The notes: generated by a model not told the origin, from the letters alone. DNA of 24,000 bases from an uncultured archaeon (GCA_902386255.1 CABMII010000138.1:15660-39659); one strand, 5' to 3'. Shown: positions 7,570-16,368, numbered from the stretch's first letter. Numbers and translations: made by a program.

Positions 7570-9606
7570 TCAGAACAGTTTCTGTATTATAATATCGAAC
7601 GACTTTGGGTCAACGAGCATAATCAATCGCCCTGTTTTATTCATTCCCAGGGCGAGGTTGGTTGCAAGCGCGAATTCGACTTTTCCAGTAATCTCCTTCA
7701 TGGCAGATTCGGCAATAGTTGAAGACTGGCCGATCTTGAAGGTTGGGGCTTTAAGTAATAAGGGAACTTCGATATATTCCGAGACTGCGCTGATATACTG
7801 CCCGCCGAAGATATTGGCTGTTTCTTTTAATGTGGAAATTATATCCTCGGTAAATTCCCTGCATGCAGCATCCGGAGGATTGCAGAGAAGTTCGTTTGCG
7901 ATATCCAGGGCATTTTCTTTTGAGATATACAACTGCATCTCTCCTTTCACTTCACCGGTCGGGCCCTTTCCATTGAGTTCTATGGCTATCATCACTATAG
8001 AATCGCCAAGGCTGATTATTTCATCGTGCATCTGTTCGATCGGGAGGGTGCGAAGCTGGGAATGGGCTGATTCGGCTTCCTCTCCTGATAACTGGGTAAC
8101 AGTTGAGGCTGCGTTAGTCATTCCAGACATCCCAATATCGCTTAAAAGCCTGACAGCCGAATCGATATTCTGGTCTTTTTTGGGCGGTGCAGCAGGCTCT
8201 GGTTTGGGGGCATGAGGTTCTGATTTCATGGGTTTAACGGTCTCTGTGACTTTTTCAACGTCAGGTTTTACGATACTGGTTTTAACTTCGGGTTCAGGTA
8301 ATTTTTTCTCAGGTTTAACGGTTTCCTTGATGTGTTCTTCCGGTTTTACAACACTTGTTTTAACTTCAGGTTCTGGTAATTTTTTCTTGGGTTTGGCAGT
8401 TTCTTTAACCAGTTCTACTTCCGGTTGAACAACATTCGTCTTTACTTCAGGCTCATGTGTTTTTTTCTCGGGTTTGACGTTCTCCTTAACAGGAGCAACC
8501 TCCGGTTCTAATTCGGGTTCCTCTAATTCTGGCGTTTTGTGAGACCTCTTTTCAAGTCTAACAATTTCTTTTTTCTTTACAGCATTTTCTTCGGGGTAGT
8601 CAATATCAAAATCATAGGAAGGCAATTCTCTTGCCCCGGTCTCATCTTCGGGCACGGACAGGTCATATACTGGAGGCCTGTGCTTCCTCAAAGGTTTTAA
8701 TTGAACTTTTTTTGCACCATTGCCCGGTGTTCTCCTTTTGAAAGCCCCATCCTCTCTCTCCCAATCCTGTTCTCCTGCGCTTCTGTCGGCTGCATCATTT
8801 TTTCTCAAATTTTCCATTTGCAGCCATATCGAATTCGTCTGTATGCCATGACCATTGTTTTCATTATATTTTAAAATAATATAGACTGAAACCAATCCAT
8901 TAAATTCATGTTTCATGCCCAGAACAATCTTTCTTTTATTTTCACCGGTTCCGTTTGAATCCTCCATATCCGTTATCATTAAATCTTCTGAGAACCGGGT
9001 TGTATCGCCATATTCGGTTTTTGTCTCCCCATTTTCCACGCGTGATAAATATTCGCATTTAAATAAATCAGATGGGATATCAAGCGTCACAAGAGGGATA
9101 TCAACGGTTTCAGATAAATTGGTGTCATCATTTTCATAGGCATGCCTGTTACCATTCCCGTTCGATTCTATTTTTTCTATTGCTTCCCCGGCATGCTTTC
9201 TCAAATCAGCGGAGCCGTTCTTTAAAATAGCCCGAAGGCCGGGAATAGCGCGCTTGTCACCTATCCTTCCAAGCGACCATGCCGCATGTATCCGCACATT
9301 ATCGCTCGGGTCATTTAAAAGGGCGATTAGCGGGAGCACAGATTTTGCATTCCCGATTTCACCAAGAGCCCATGCTGCATTTGCGCGGATCTGGACATCA
9401 TCGGTTTCGAGTAACCCGATTAAGGGGTGGGTAGCTTTCTTGTTCCGAAGCTCGCCAAGGATGCATATCGCAGCCCTGCACTCTTTCACGTCACCCGTAT
9501 CAAGGATACCCAGCAGCCCCTCAATATCCCCGCGTTTCTTCAATTCTTTTAAATCGGTATGGTCTAAAGGCAAATAAAATCCCTCTTTCCGGGGGTAAAC
9601 ATTCAT
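7570..9606 (-). CDS. Multidomain protein: N-terminal HEAT_PBS repeats, central K/E/P/V-rich tandem repeats, C-terminal CheC-like domain
   Basis: - **HEAT_PBS repeats:** VRANAAWALGEIGNAKSVLPLIALLNDPSDNVRIHAAWSLGRIGDKRAIPGL (nt about 9156-9549).
- **Repeat region:** PEVK-like units at 8231-8532.
- **CheC-like domain:** the C-terminal ~200 aa (about 7573-8170) hold two CheC-type segments. The second, STLKETAN-x22-P (nt 7744-7836), fits the CheC/FliY/CheX phosphatase consensus [D/S]-x3-E-x2-N-x22-P exactly. The first (LLSDIGMSGMTNAAS) is degenerate.
- **Start:** placed at the ATG at 9606 (MNVYPRKEG), downstream of a TATA-like TTTATAT at about 9660-9667. The track start is 9726. Confidence 0.75.
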   Translation of the reverse strand: MNVYPRKEGFYLPLDHTDLKELKKRGDIEGLLGILDTGDVKECRAAICILGELRNKKATHPLIGLLETDDVQIRANAAWALGEIGNAKSVLPLIALLNDPSDNVRIHAAWSLGRIGDKRAIPGLRAILKNGSADLRKHAGEAIEKIESNGNGNRHAYENDDTNLSETVDIPLVTLDIPSDLFKCEYLSRVENGETKTEYGDTTRFSEDLMITDMEDSNGTGENKRKIVLGMKHEFNGLVSVYIILKYNENNGHGIQTNSIWLQMENLRKNDAADRSAGEQDWEREDGAFKRRTPGNGAKKVQLKPLRKHRPPVYDLSVPEDETGARELPSYDFDIDYPEENAVKKKEIVRLEKRSHKTPELEEPELEPEVAPVKENVKPEKKTHEPEVKTNVVQPEVELVKETAKPKKKLPEPEVKTSVVKPEEHIKETVKPEKKLPEPEVKTSIVKPDVEKVTETVKPMKSEPHAPKPEPAAPPKKDQNIDSAVRLLSDIGMSGMTNAASTVTQLSGEEAESAHSQLRTLPIEQMHDEIISLGDSIVMIAIELNGKGPTGEVKGEMQLYISKENALDIANELLCNPPDAACREFTEDIISTLKETANIFGGQYISAVSEYIEVPLLLKAPTFKIGQSSTIAESAMKEITGKVEFALATNLALGMNKTGRLIMLVDPKSFDIIIQKLF
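8231..8532 (-). repeat. In-frame tandem repeat, about 3.7 copies of 78-81 bp (26-27 aa PEVK-like units)
   Basis: Plus-strand units start at 8231, 8312, 8390 and 8471 (GGTTTAACGG / GGTTTAACGG / GGTTTGGCAG / GGTTTGACGT). They encode ...KPEKKLPEPEVKTS(V/I)VKP... repeats inside the HEAT-CheC gene. Confidence 0.85.
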
Positions 9607-9705
9607 TCCTCGATATTTTATGCTATACTCTAAAGATATGTTTGCCTTGCATTCACACAAATATAAATTAGGGTGTGAAGATGTGGCATATTGTGGGAAG
9701 CCCGG

Positions 9706-9717
9706 ATAATAAAAAAA
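9706..9717 (-). terminator. Oligo-T tract, a putative archaeal terminator downstream of fpoO
   Basis: The minus strand reads TACTTTTTTTATTAT about 50 nt after the fpoO stop. It precedes the TATA-like box of the next gene. Confidence 0.35.
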
Positions 9718-9765
9718 GTAGGACAAATGCAGCAGATGTTCCTGATTCAGCCTTCCCTGCAGAAG

Positions 9766-10125
9766 TTAATGATGATGTGTTTCCTGTTTTTCAGCTTCCT
9801 GTCTTCTTATCGTGTCCTCACAGGCTTCAAAACAGCTATCACATATATTTTTATTAGTTTCCTTGTGGTATGGTTCCTGGAATATCGGTACCTGGATTTT
9901 CACCTGGAATAATGGTACGTTTTTTATACCGCACAGGTCGCATTTCTTGCCATTGGCCGCAAGTCTGTTAAGGTTGGCCTCATGACAGCTGGCAAGACAT
10001 TCTTCGTTAATTCCTCTCCATGTCCCTGTCGGGTAAGCCGATAAAACTGATGGGGCATTCACTTTTACAGGGCAAAGGGTGGGTCTTGCCACACCGCACA
10101 GTTCGCAATCTGCCATTATAATCAC
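9766..10125 (-). CDS. fpoO: F420H2 dehydrogenase subunit O-like small cysteine-rich protein
   Basis: It is the last gene of the fpo operon, directly after fpoN, as in the Methanosarcina fpoA-O arrangement. It contains two tandem 4-Cys modules (C7/C10/C43/C47 and C62/C65/C98/C102). The track start is a GTG at 10125 (GTGA overlap with the fpoN stop). The ATG at 10116 has a better-spaced GGAGTG SD, so the true start may be 10116. Confidence 0.6.
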   Translation of the reverse strand: MIIMADCELCGVARPTLCPVKVNAPSVLSAYPTGTWRGINEECLASCHEANLNRLAANGKKCDLCGIKNVPLFQVKIQVPIFQEPYHKETNKNICDSCFEACEDTIRRQEAEKQETHHH

Positions 10126-11597
10126 ACTCCTAATACTTTTGCAGCATTTATTGCCATCTGGATAAAGGGCTCAGGATACAATCCAATGCCGATTGTCCCT
10201 ATCACTGCAAGCAGGATAGCCACGACATACGGCACAGGCTCTTTTATTTTTTCTCCATTCGGAGGCAGGACGTACATGTATTTTATCACGCGGGCGTAGT
10301 AATAAATGGAGAGCGCGCTGTTCAAAATGGCGATAATCACAACGATTAGCAGCCAGCTGCTCGCCTGGTTTATGGCTGCAACTGTGATAGAATAGAATAG
10401 CACAAACTTACCGACGAATCCTGCCGATGGGGGAATACCTGCCAGGGCTAAAAAGAATACGAACAGCGAGAATGCTGTTATCGGGGCGCGTTTTCCAAGT
10501 CCTGCAAAGTTCCCAAGGTCGTCAGTGTTCTTTGCATTTTTGTTATCCGACAGCACCATATACCCTACAAGCGCAACTGCAAGGAACGCGCCGCCTTTCA
10601 TCAAAGCATGTCCAAGGGCAAGAAGAATGCCGCCTGCAATGGACATCTGGGTGGTGACCACAAATGCCAGGGATATGTATCCTGCCTGCGCGATGGACGA
10701 GTAGGCAAGCATCCTTTTTATGCTGCGCTGCGAGATTGCCACTACGTTGCCGTAGGTCATGGTAATTATTGCAAGAATTGCAAACGTCATCTGGAGATCG
10801 ATGCGTATCGCAACAAGGGCAAGCACGAGAACCCTGAATGCGGCAACGAATCCCATCTTTTTTGAGCCTGCCGCAAGAAGAGATGATACAACGCTAGGCG
10901 AACCTTCGTATGTATCGGGCGCCCACATATGGAACGGAACAAGCGCCATCTTGAAACCGAATCCTGCGACAAGGAATATCATGGCGACTATATCAAGCGA
11001 ACTCGTCGCTACCATTGGGTTGGACTTGAAGAACTCAATGATTGCAGGAATATTCGTTGAACCTGTTATTCCGTACACAAGCGACATTCCAAACAGCATC
11101 AATGCCGAGGAGAGCGAACCTATGATGAAATATTTTAATGCAGCCTCAAGGGATGAGGGGTTCTTTTTCTCAAAACCGGCTAAAACGTATGTGGACATGC
11201 TGGCAAGTTCAAAGCCCACAAACAGTGCAACCAGGTCATTTGCCGATGCTACTACCATCATCCCAACAGTAGCGAGAAGGAGGAGTGCATAATACTCATC
11301 CTGATTGCGGTTGTCCCTGAAATATTCGATAGAGGCAATCACCACGATCAGTGAAACTATTAAAAATATCAATTTGAATACCTGTGACAGCGGGTCGACG
11401 GTCAGGGAATTGTAGAAGAAACTCGCTGCTTCATTCATTCCATTTCCAAGAATATAAACGATGGAAGCTAAAAGACCTGCTGCGCTTACGTATCCGAGCA
11501 TGTTCTTGGAAGTTTCCTTCATCAAAAGACCCAAAATGATGACTACTAAAGCCAGTAATGTCAGCAGGATTTCCGGGGCGAGTAAATTATAATTCAT
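10122..11597 (-). CDS. fpoN: F420H2 dehydrogenase subunit N (NuoN-type antiporter-like subunit)
   Basis: 491-aa polytopic membrane protein with a NuoN-like core (FHMWAPDTYEGSP, MLAYSSIAQAGY). It follows fpoM with a 4-nt ATGA overlap. Confidence 0.9.
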   Translation of the reverse strand: MNYNLLAPEILLTLLALVVIILGLLMKETSKNMLGYVSAAGLLASIVYILGNGMNEAASFFYNSLTVDPLSQVFKLIFLIVSLIVVIASIEYFRDNRNQDEYYALLLLATVGMMVVASANDLVALFVGFELASMSTYVLAGFEKKNPSSLEAALKYFIIGSLSSALMLFGMSLVYGITGSTNIPAIIEFFKSNPMVATSSLDIVAMIFLVAGFGFKMALVPFHMWAPDTYEGSPSVVSSLLAAGSKKMGFVAAFRVLVLALVAIRIDLQMTFAILAIITMTYGNVVAISQRSIKRMLAYSSIAQAGYISLAFVVTTQMSIAGGILLALGHALMKGGAFLAVALVGYMVLSDNKNAKNTDDLGNFAGLGKRAPITAFSLFVFFLALAGIPPSAGFVGKFVLFYSITVAAINQASSWLLIVVIIAILNSALSIYYYARVIKYMYVLPPNGEKIKEPVPYVVAILLAVIGTIGIGLYPEPFIQMAINAAKVLGV

Positions 11598-13090
11598 GTT
11601 ATCACTCCTCTCAGGGCGACAAATTTCAATAGTTGCTGTGCGTTCGTGGTCATCATATTAAGAACAGGGTTGGGGTTAAGACCAAAGAATATTATGAGCA
11701 GTATCAGTATGCCCATAGAAGCCATCTCGTAGTTCGCACCGTCATGGATATGCCCCAGTTTTTCGTTGTATGTCCCGAACACCGCCCTTTGCATAGCCCA
11801 TAAATGATATCCTGCTGTGAACACGATTCCGAACAGCGCAAGTATCACAAATGTCGGCAATGTGAAATACGAATTGACAAGTACAAGGAATTCAGCTATG
11901 AATCCGCTCATTCCCGGAAGTCCGAGCGAGGCAAGGAACCCTGCAAGCATCAGGAACGTGAGTTTTGGCATGTGCTTCGCAATTCCGCCAAGGTCGCCGA
12001 TAATCCTGGTGCCTGCCGAATGCTGGATTACGCCGCACGACATGAACAACACGCATGTAATGAGCCCGTGTGAGAACTGCTGGTACATAGCACCGCTTAC
12101 GGAGAGAGGAATAAGTGCGGCGGCGCCCAAGGTAACATAACCCATATGGCTTATGCTTGAGTACGCCACCATTTTCTTAAGGTCGCGCTGGGCAAGTGCG
12201 AGGAATGTCCCGTACAGGATGCTCAACACGCCGATTATCGCCATCAAGGTTATTAATTTAGCCGGGGAACCTGAATACGGGAGAAGTGGAAGGATTACCC
12301 TGAAAAGACCGTAGCCTCCCATCTTGAGCAGCAAGGCTGCAAGTATGACGCTGCCCGCTGTGGGCGCTTCTACGTGCGCGTCCGGAAGCCATGTATGGAA
12401 CGGCACTGCAGGCATCTTAACAATAAAACCAAATAACAGCGCCAGGAATATTGCATCCTTAAGCAATGGTGATTGGATCACCGAGTAGTTTTTCAGAAGG
12501 TAAAACATATCAAAGCTCGGGGTTCCGGAAATAGTCCATGCATTGAAGTAGAGAGAGAATATCGCAAGCAGCATCACAAGGCTGGCTACATGCGTGTATA
12601 TGAAGAACTTGATTGCAGCGTAATCTTTTCGCGGCCCTCCCCAGATGCTTATCAGGAAGTACATGGGTATCAGGACGATTTCCCAGAATATGTAGAACAC
12701 GAAGAAATCAAGCGAAGTAAAAACGCCAAGCACTCCCACAAGCTCAAGAAGAATAAGACCATAGAACCTGTTTGCCTCTTTGGTTTCCCCCCATGCGAAT
12801 ATGACGGTGAGCGGGATAACTATGTTCGAGAGGAGTACAAGCGGCATGCCTATCCCGTCAACCCCGAATTTAAGACTTACCCCTAGGCTTGCAATCCATG
12901 GATATGACTCACCGAACTGAATGGTGGATATTGAACTGTCGAATCGTGAAAATATTATCAGGGATATGACAAGTGAAATCCCTGAAGCCAGAAGCGCCAC
13001 CAAGCGCGCCTGTTCACGGGTTCTTGTCAAAAAAGTGATGATGGCTCCGATTAGGGGAATTGCGATCATCAATGAAATCAAAGCAGCCAT
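11594..13090 (-). CDS. fpoM: F420H2 dehydrogenase subunit M (NuoM-type)
   Basis: 498 aa. NuoM-like motifs: KMPAVPFHTWLPDAHVEAPTAGSVILAALLLKMGGYG and MVAYSSISHMG. Its operon position between L and N fits. Confidence 0.9.
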   Translation of the reverse strand: MAALISLMIAIPLIGAIITFLTRTREQARLVALLASGISLVISLIIFSRFDSSISTIQFGESYPWIASLGVSLKFGVDGIGMPLVLLSNIVIPLTVIFAWGETKEANRFYGLILLELVGVLGVFTSLDFFVFYIFWEIVLIPMYFLISIWGGPRKDYAAIKFFIYTHVASLVMLLAIFSLYFNAWTISGTPSFDMFYLLKNYSVIQSPLLKDAIFLALLFGFIVKMPAVPFHTWLPDAHVEAPTAGSVILAALLLKMGGYGLFRVILPLLPYSGSPAKLITLMAIIGVLSILYGTFLALAQRDLKKMVAYSSISHMGYVTLGAAALIPLSVSGAMYQQFSHGLITCVLFMSCGVIQHSAGTRIIGDLGGIAKHMPKLTFLMLAGFLASLGLPGMSGFIAEFLVLVNSYFTLPTFVILALFGIVFTAGYHLWAMQRAVFGTYNEKLGHIHDGANYEMASMGILILLIIFFGLNPNPVLNMMTTNAQQLLKFVALRGVIT

Positions 13091-15079
13091 TTATGTCCCT
13101 CCGAATTTGATTCTGAGTAAAAGTATCAACAAACCAAGTCCCAGTAATGTAATGGACGCATAATTCTGGACAACGCCTGTTTGCAGTTTCCTGATAAATT
13201 CACCAAGTTTGAATAAAGTATTGCTGATAATGTTATCAATCACAAGCCTGTCGATGATTTTCCTGTCTACGAATTCGCCTGATTGCGCAACAACATCATG
13301 AGTCAGTTTCACTCCTATTATATCCGCACCGATTTTAGGCTCGTAATACCTGTTTAATAATAGTTTATACAGGGGATTTTGGGATGATACGAGCTTACTC
13401 ATATCCAGCATCTTTTTATGGTATATCGCATACGATATCAGAAAACCCAAAACCCCGACAAGTACCGGAAGCAGCACAACGATTGGCGACATTTGTACTC
13501 CTCCGCTTTCAGGAGCAGCCTTTTCCCCGGTCAATAGCTCAAAATTCTTGTTAAGATAATCGTAGAATCCAAGGTGCGCGAACCCGAAGAAAAGGGCAAA
13601 TAAAGCAAGTATCATGAGAGGACGCGTCATCACTCCCGGGGATTCATGCGAATGCCGCTCGGACCGCGGTGTTCCTGTAAAGGTCATGAACCACAGCCTG
13701 AAGATATAAATAGATGTAAGAAGGGCAGCTATGATGGCAAAAGCATAGGGAATGAAATCTCCTTTCAATTGGCCGTATTCAAACGCCTTTTCAATTATCA
13801 TGTCCTTGCTAAAGAAACCCGCAGTACCTATATTGATGAAAGGGATACCTATTCCGGCAAGTGCGAGTGCTGCTATCAGCATTGTTGTGCCTGTAATTTT
13901 CATCTTGCTAAACAAACCTCCCATCTCTCGAATGTCGTTTGTTCCCACGGCATGAATAACGCTTCCGGCGCAGAGGAAAAGCAGCGCCTTGAAAAATGCA
14001 TGGCTTATCAGGTGGAACATGGATATCCCGACAGCCTGGGCGCCTACAACCGCCCCCGCCGTTCCCAGGGCGAGCATCATATACCCGAGCTGGCTTACGG
14101 TCGAGTAAGCAAGTACCCTTTTAATGTCGTTCATTACAAGTCCCATTGTAGCAGCAAACAGCGCCGTGAACCCTCCAACATAAGCTACGATGAGGAGCGA
14201 ATCCGGCACGCCGGCTGAAATTGTGGAGGGTGTTGCCGCAAACATGGGGAACGTCCTGGCGACGAGATACACGCCAGCAGTGACCATCGTTGCGGCATGG
14301 ATCAAAGCGGAAACCGTTGTTGGACCTTCCATGGCGTCGGGCAGCCACCCGTGAAGAGGGAACTGGCCGCTCTTGCCTATGGCGCCGCCGAAGAATAATA
14401 ACGTGATATAGGTCAACTGGGTGGGATTGATGAGAGGTATTGCCGCGAACATGGTCTTGAATTGCAGGATAAAGTTACCCGCTGGTACGGTGAAGCCGCG
14501 CCCGGCAATAATTTCGCTCATATTGACATAGAGCAGGACTATTCCTGCAAGGAACAGCACATCTCCTACCCTTGTTACAAGGAAAGCCTTCTTTGCTGCT
14601 GCTGCGGCTGACGGCTTATGGTACCAGAACCCGATGAGCAGGAATGAACAGAGACCCACGAGTTCCCATGAAATGAAGAACTGTAGGATATTATCAGAGA
14701 GGACAACGCTCAGCATTGCGGCGGTAAAGAGCGATGTTTCTGCGAAATATCTCGGTTTTGCAGGGTCATGCGCCATGTATCCCACAGCATAGATATGGAT
14801 GAGCAGGCTTACGAATGAAACCATCATCAGCATAACGACTGCAAGCGGGTCAATGAGAATGCCGATATTCATGCCTGCAAACCACGGCCATGATTGCTGG
14901 ACTATACCATCCTTCGGGTAAATTTCAAGGAAAATCCCGAACGAGATGATAAACGAGCCTGCAATGGCGGCAATTGGCAGCAGCGCCCCTCCTGAATAGA
15001 GTTTCTTGCCCAGGAAAAGCGTCAGTACAAATGCAATTACAGGTAACAATACTATAAAGGCTGCGTAATCACTGAACAT
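13091..15079 (-). CDS. fpoL: F420H2 dehydrogenase subunit L (NuoL-type)
   Basis: 662 aa. NuoL-like motifs: SWELVGLCSFLLIGFWY, GKSGQFPLHGWLPDAMEGPTTVSALIHAATMVTAGVY and LAYSTVSQLGYM, with a long C-terminal extension. Confidence 0.92.
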   Translation of the reverse strand: MFSDYAAFIVLLPVIAFVLTLFLGKKLYSGGALLPIAAIAGSFIISFGIFLEIYPKDGIVQQSWPWFAGMNIGILIDPLAVVMLMMVSFVSLLIHIYAVGYMAHDPAKPRYFAETSLFTAAMLSVVLSDNILQFFISWELVGLCSFLLIGFWYHKPSAAAAAKKAFLVTRVGDVLFLAGIVLLYVNMSEIIAGRGFTVPAGNFILQFKTMFAAIPLINPTQLTYITLLFFGGAIGKSGQFPLHGWLPDAMEGPTTVSALIHAATMVTAGVYLVARTFPMFAATPSTISAGVPDSLLIVAYVGGFTALFAATMGLVMNDIKRVLAYSTVSQLGYMMLALGTAGAVVGAQAVGISMFHLISHAFFKALLFLCAGSVIHAVGTNDIREMGGLFSKMKITGTTMLIAALALAGIGIPFINIGTAGFFSKDMIIEKAFEYGQLKGDFIPYAFAIIAALLTSIYIFRLWFMTFTGTPRSERHSHESPGVMTRPLMILALFALFFGFAHLGFYDYLNKNFELLTGEKAAPESGGVQMSPIVVLLPVLVGVLGFLISYAIYHKKMLDMSKLVSSQNPLYKLLLNRYYEPKIGADIIGVKLTHDVVAQSGEFVDRKIIDRLVIDNIISNTLFKLGEFIRKLQTGVVQNYASITLLGLGLLILLLRIKFGGT

Positions 15080-15080
15080 T

Positions 15081-15380
15081 TTACCACCTCAGAATATTGA
15101 TATCATCGAGATTTATCGTATCCCGCACCCTGAACAGGGCTACGAGTATTGCAAATCCTATTGCGGCTTCCGCTGCTGCTATTGCGATTGAAAAAATTGC
15201 GAAAACCTGTCCCGTAGCGTTACCATTGAAGCTTGAAAATGCAACAAGGTTGAGATTTGCCGAGTTGAGCAGCAGTTCTATGCACATAAGGATTTTAATC
15301 CCGCTTCTCTGTGTAATTATTCCGTAAGAACCGATTGCGAAAATGATTGCTGAAATTAATAGATATGTATAAAGGGACAT
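15081..15380 (-). CDS. fpoK: F420H2 dehydrogenase subunit K (NuoK-type)
   Basis: 99 aa with three TM helices. The NuoK signature is [20 protein letters not shown]...[12 protein letters not shown]. Confidence 0.9.
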
Positions 15381-15381
15381 T

Positions 15382-15633
15382 CTACGCCTCCTTTTTTGCG
15401 ATATACAGGGCGCCGATTAACGCAGCCAGCAGTAGCAGTGAAAGCAGTTCAAAAGAAAAAATATAATCACTGAATATGCCGCCGCTGATATCCGGCCCGC
15501 CTGCGATTTCCTGGATACTGATGGGAGTTACCTCTTCTTTTCCTGCCCACACCCTTGTACTGTCATCGATTGCCAGGAACAATACTGCAAATAAAAGCAA
15601 TGCAATTAGTAAATTTAAGAATTTGTTGGGCAT
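15382..15633 (-). CDS. fpoJ: F420H2 dehydrogenase subunit J, C-terminal half
   Basis: 83 aa. The C-terminal [22 protein letters not shown] matches the NuoJ C-terminus. It directly follows the N-terminal half, consistent with the split J known from the Methanosarcina fpo operon. Confidence 0.8.
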
Positions 15634-15879
15634 TTATTCTTCCTCTCCTTTCCTGGTTAGCATTATTGTGAACAAAATCAGCGTTACAACTGCGCCCACA
15701 TAAACGAGCACCTGTATCCATGCTATGAACTCAGCCTTGAGCAGAATGAAAAGCCCCGCAGTTCCGATAAGAGCGCCTGCAAGATATACCGCGCTGTGGA
15801 CTAATTTTTTTGCCTGGACAACCATGATGGATGATAAAATCGTGACGATTGAAATAACAACAAATACAATGTCTATCAC
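15634..15879 (-). CDS. fpoJ: F420H2 dehydrogenase subunit J, N-terminal half
   Basis: 81 aa. The NuoJ N-terminal signature is LVHSAVYLAGALIGTAGLFILLKAEFIAWIQVLVYVGAVVTLILFTIML. Confidence 0.85.
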   Translation of the reverse strand: MIDIVFVVISIVTILSSIMVVQAKKLVHSAVYLAGALIGTAGLFILLKAEFIAWIQVLVYVGAVVTLILFTIMLTRKGEEE

Positions 15880-16292
15880 TGTTTCACCTCTTTATTGAAC
15901 AACAGCCTGTCAGGACCATAAACAAGGCTTTCCCGGGTATAATCTGCAAGTTCGTAATTGCCTGTCATTTTCATGGCATTCATCGGGCAGACATCGACGC
16001 AAATTCCGCAGAACAGGCACATTCCGATATTTACCTGCGGATACCATCTTGTATTATATTTGACTATCCGGATAGTCCCGTTCGGGCAGTTCACTTCACA
16101 TATCCCGCAACCGATGCAGGCATTTTCATCAACTGCATGCAATCCCCTGAATCTCGGTGAGAGTTTCATCCGTTCATAAGGATACTGCACTGTCACTGTG
16201 GGCCTGTTCCCGATGTGTAAAACATGTTTTAACGTGACTATGAGTCCTTTTATTATACCGCTCATCGTCCAGTTCTTGCTTATCCAGGTCAT
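15876..16292 (-). CDS. fpoI: F420H2 dehydrogenase subunit I (2x[4Fe-4S] ferredoxin-type, NuoI)
   Basis: 138 aa with two CxxCxxCxxxCP motifs (CIGCGICEVNCP and CLFCGICVDVCP). Its operon position after H fits. Confidence 0.92.
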   Translation of the reverse strand: MTWISKNWTMSGIIKGLIVTLKHVLHIGNRPTVTVQYPYERMKLSPRFRGLHAVDENACIGCGICEVNCPNGTIRIVKYNTRWYPQVNIGMCLFCGICVDVCPMNAMKMTGNYELADYTRESLVYGPDRLLFNKEVKQ

Positions 16293-16368
16293 AAAGCGAC
16301 ACCTCGCTTTATGCGGTATAGGGTATGCTTCGCATACCCTTCTTTTGATAAAACTTTCTTAAAGTTTT
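16293..16368 (-). repeat. Intercistronic hairpin-array element, short copy (3 hairpins) between fpoH and fpoI
   Basis: Perfect inverted repeats in plus coordinates:
- 16291-16298/16305-16312: ATAAAGCG-ACACCT-CGCTTTAT
- 16320-16328/16332-16340: AGGGTATGC-TTC-GCATACCCT
- 16350-16357/16361-16368: AAAACTTT-CTT-AAAGTTTT

Both ends are near-identical to the ends of the 19138-19402 element. ATGA flanks it on both sides. Confidence 0.85.

Noticed and set aside
8231-8532. A possible CRISPR array or non-coding satellite, given the regular ~80-bp periodicity
   Set aside because: The units are contiguous with no unique spacers. They are diverged and all multiples of 3 nt. They lie in frame within a long ORF, encoding a PEVK-like peptide repeat.
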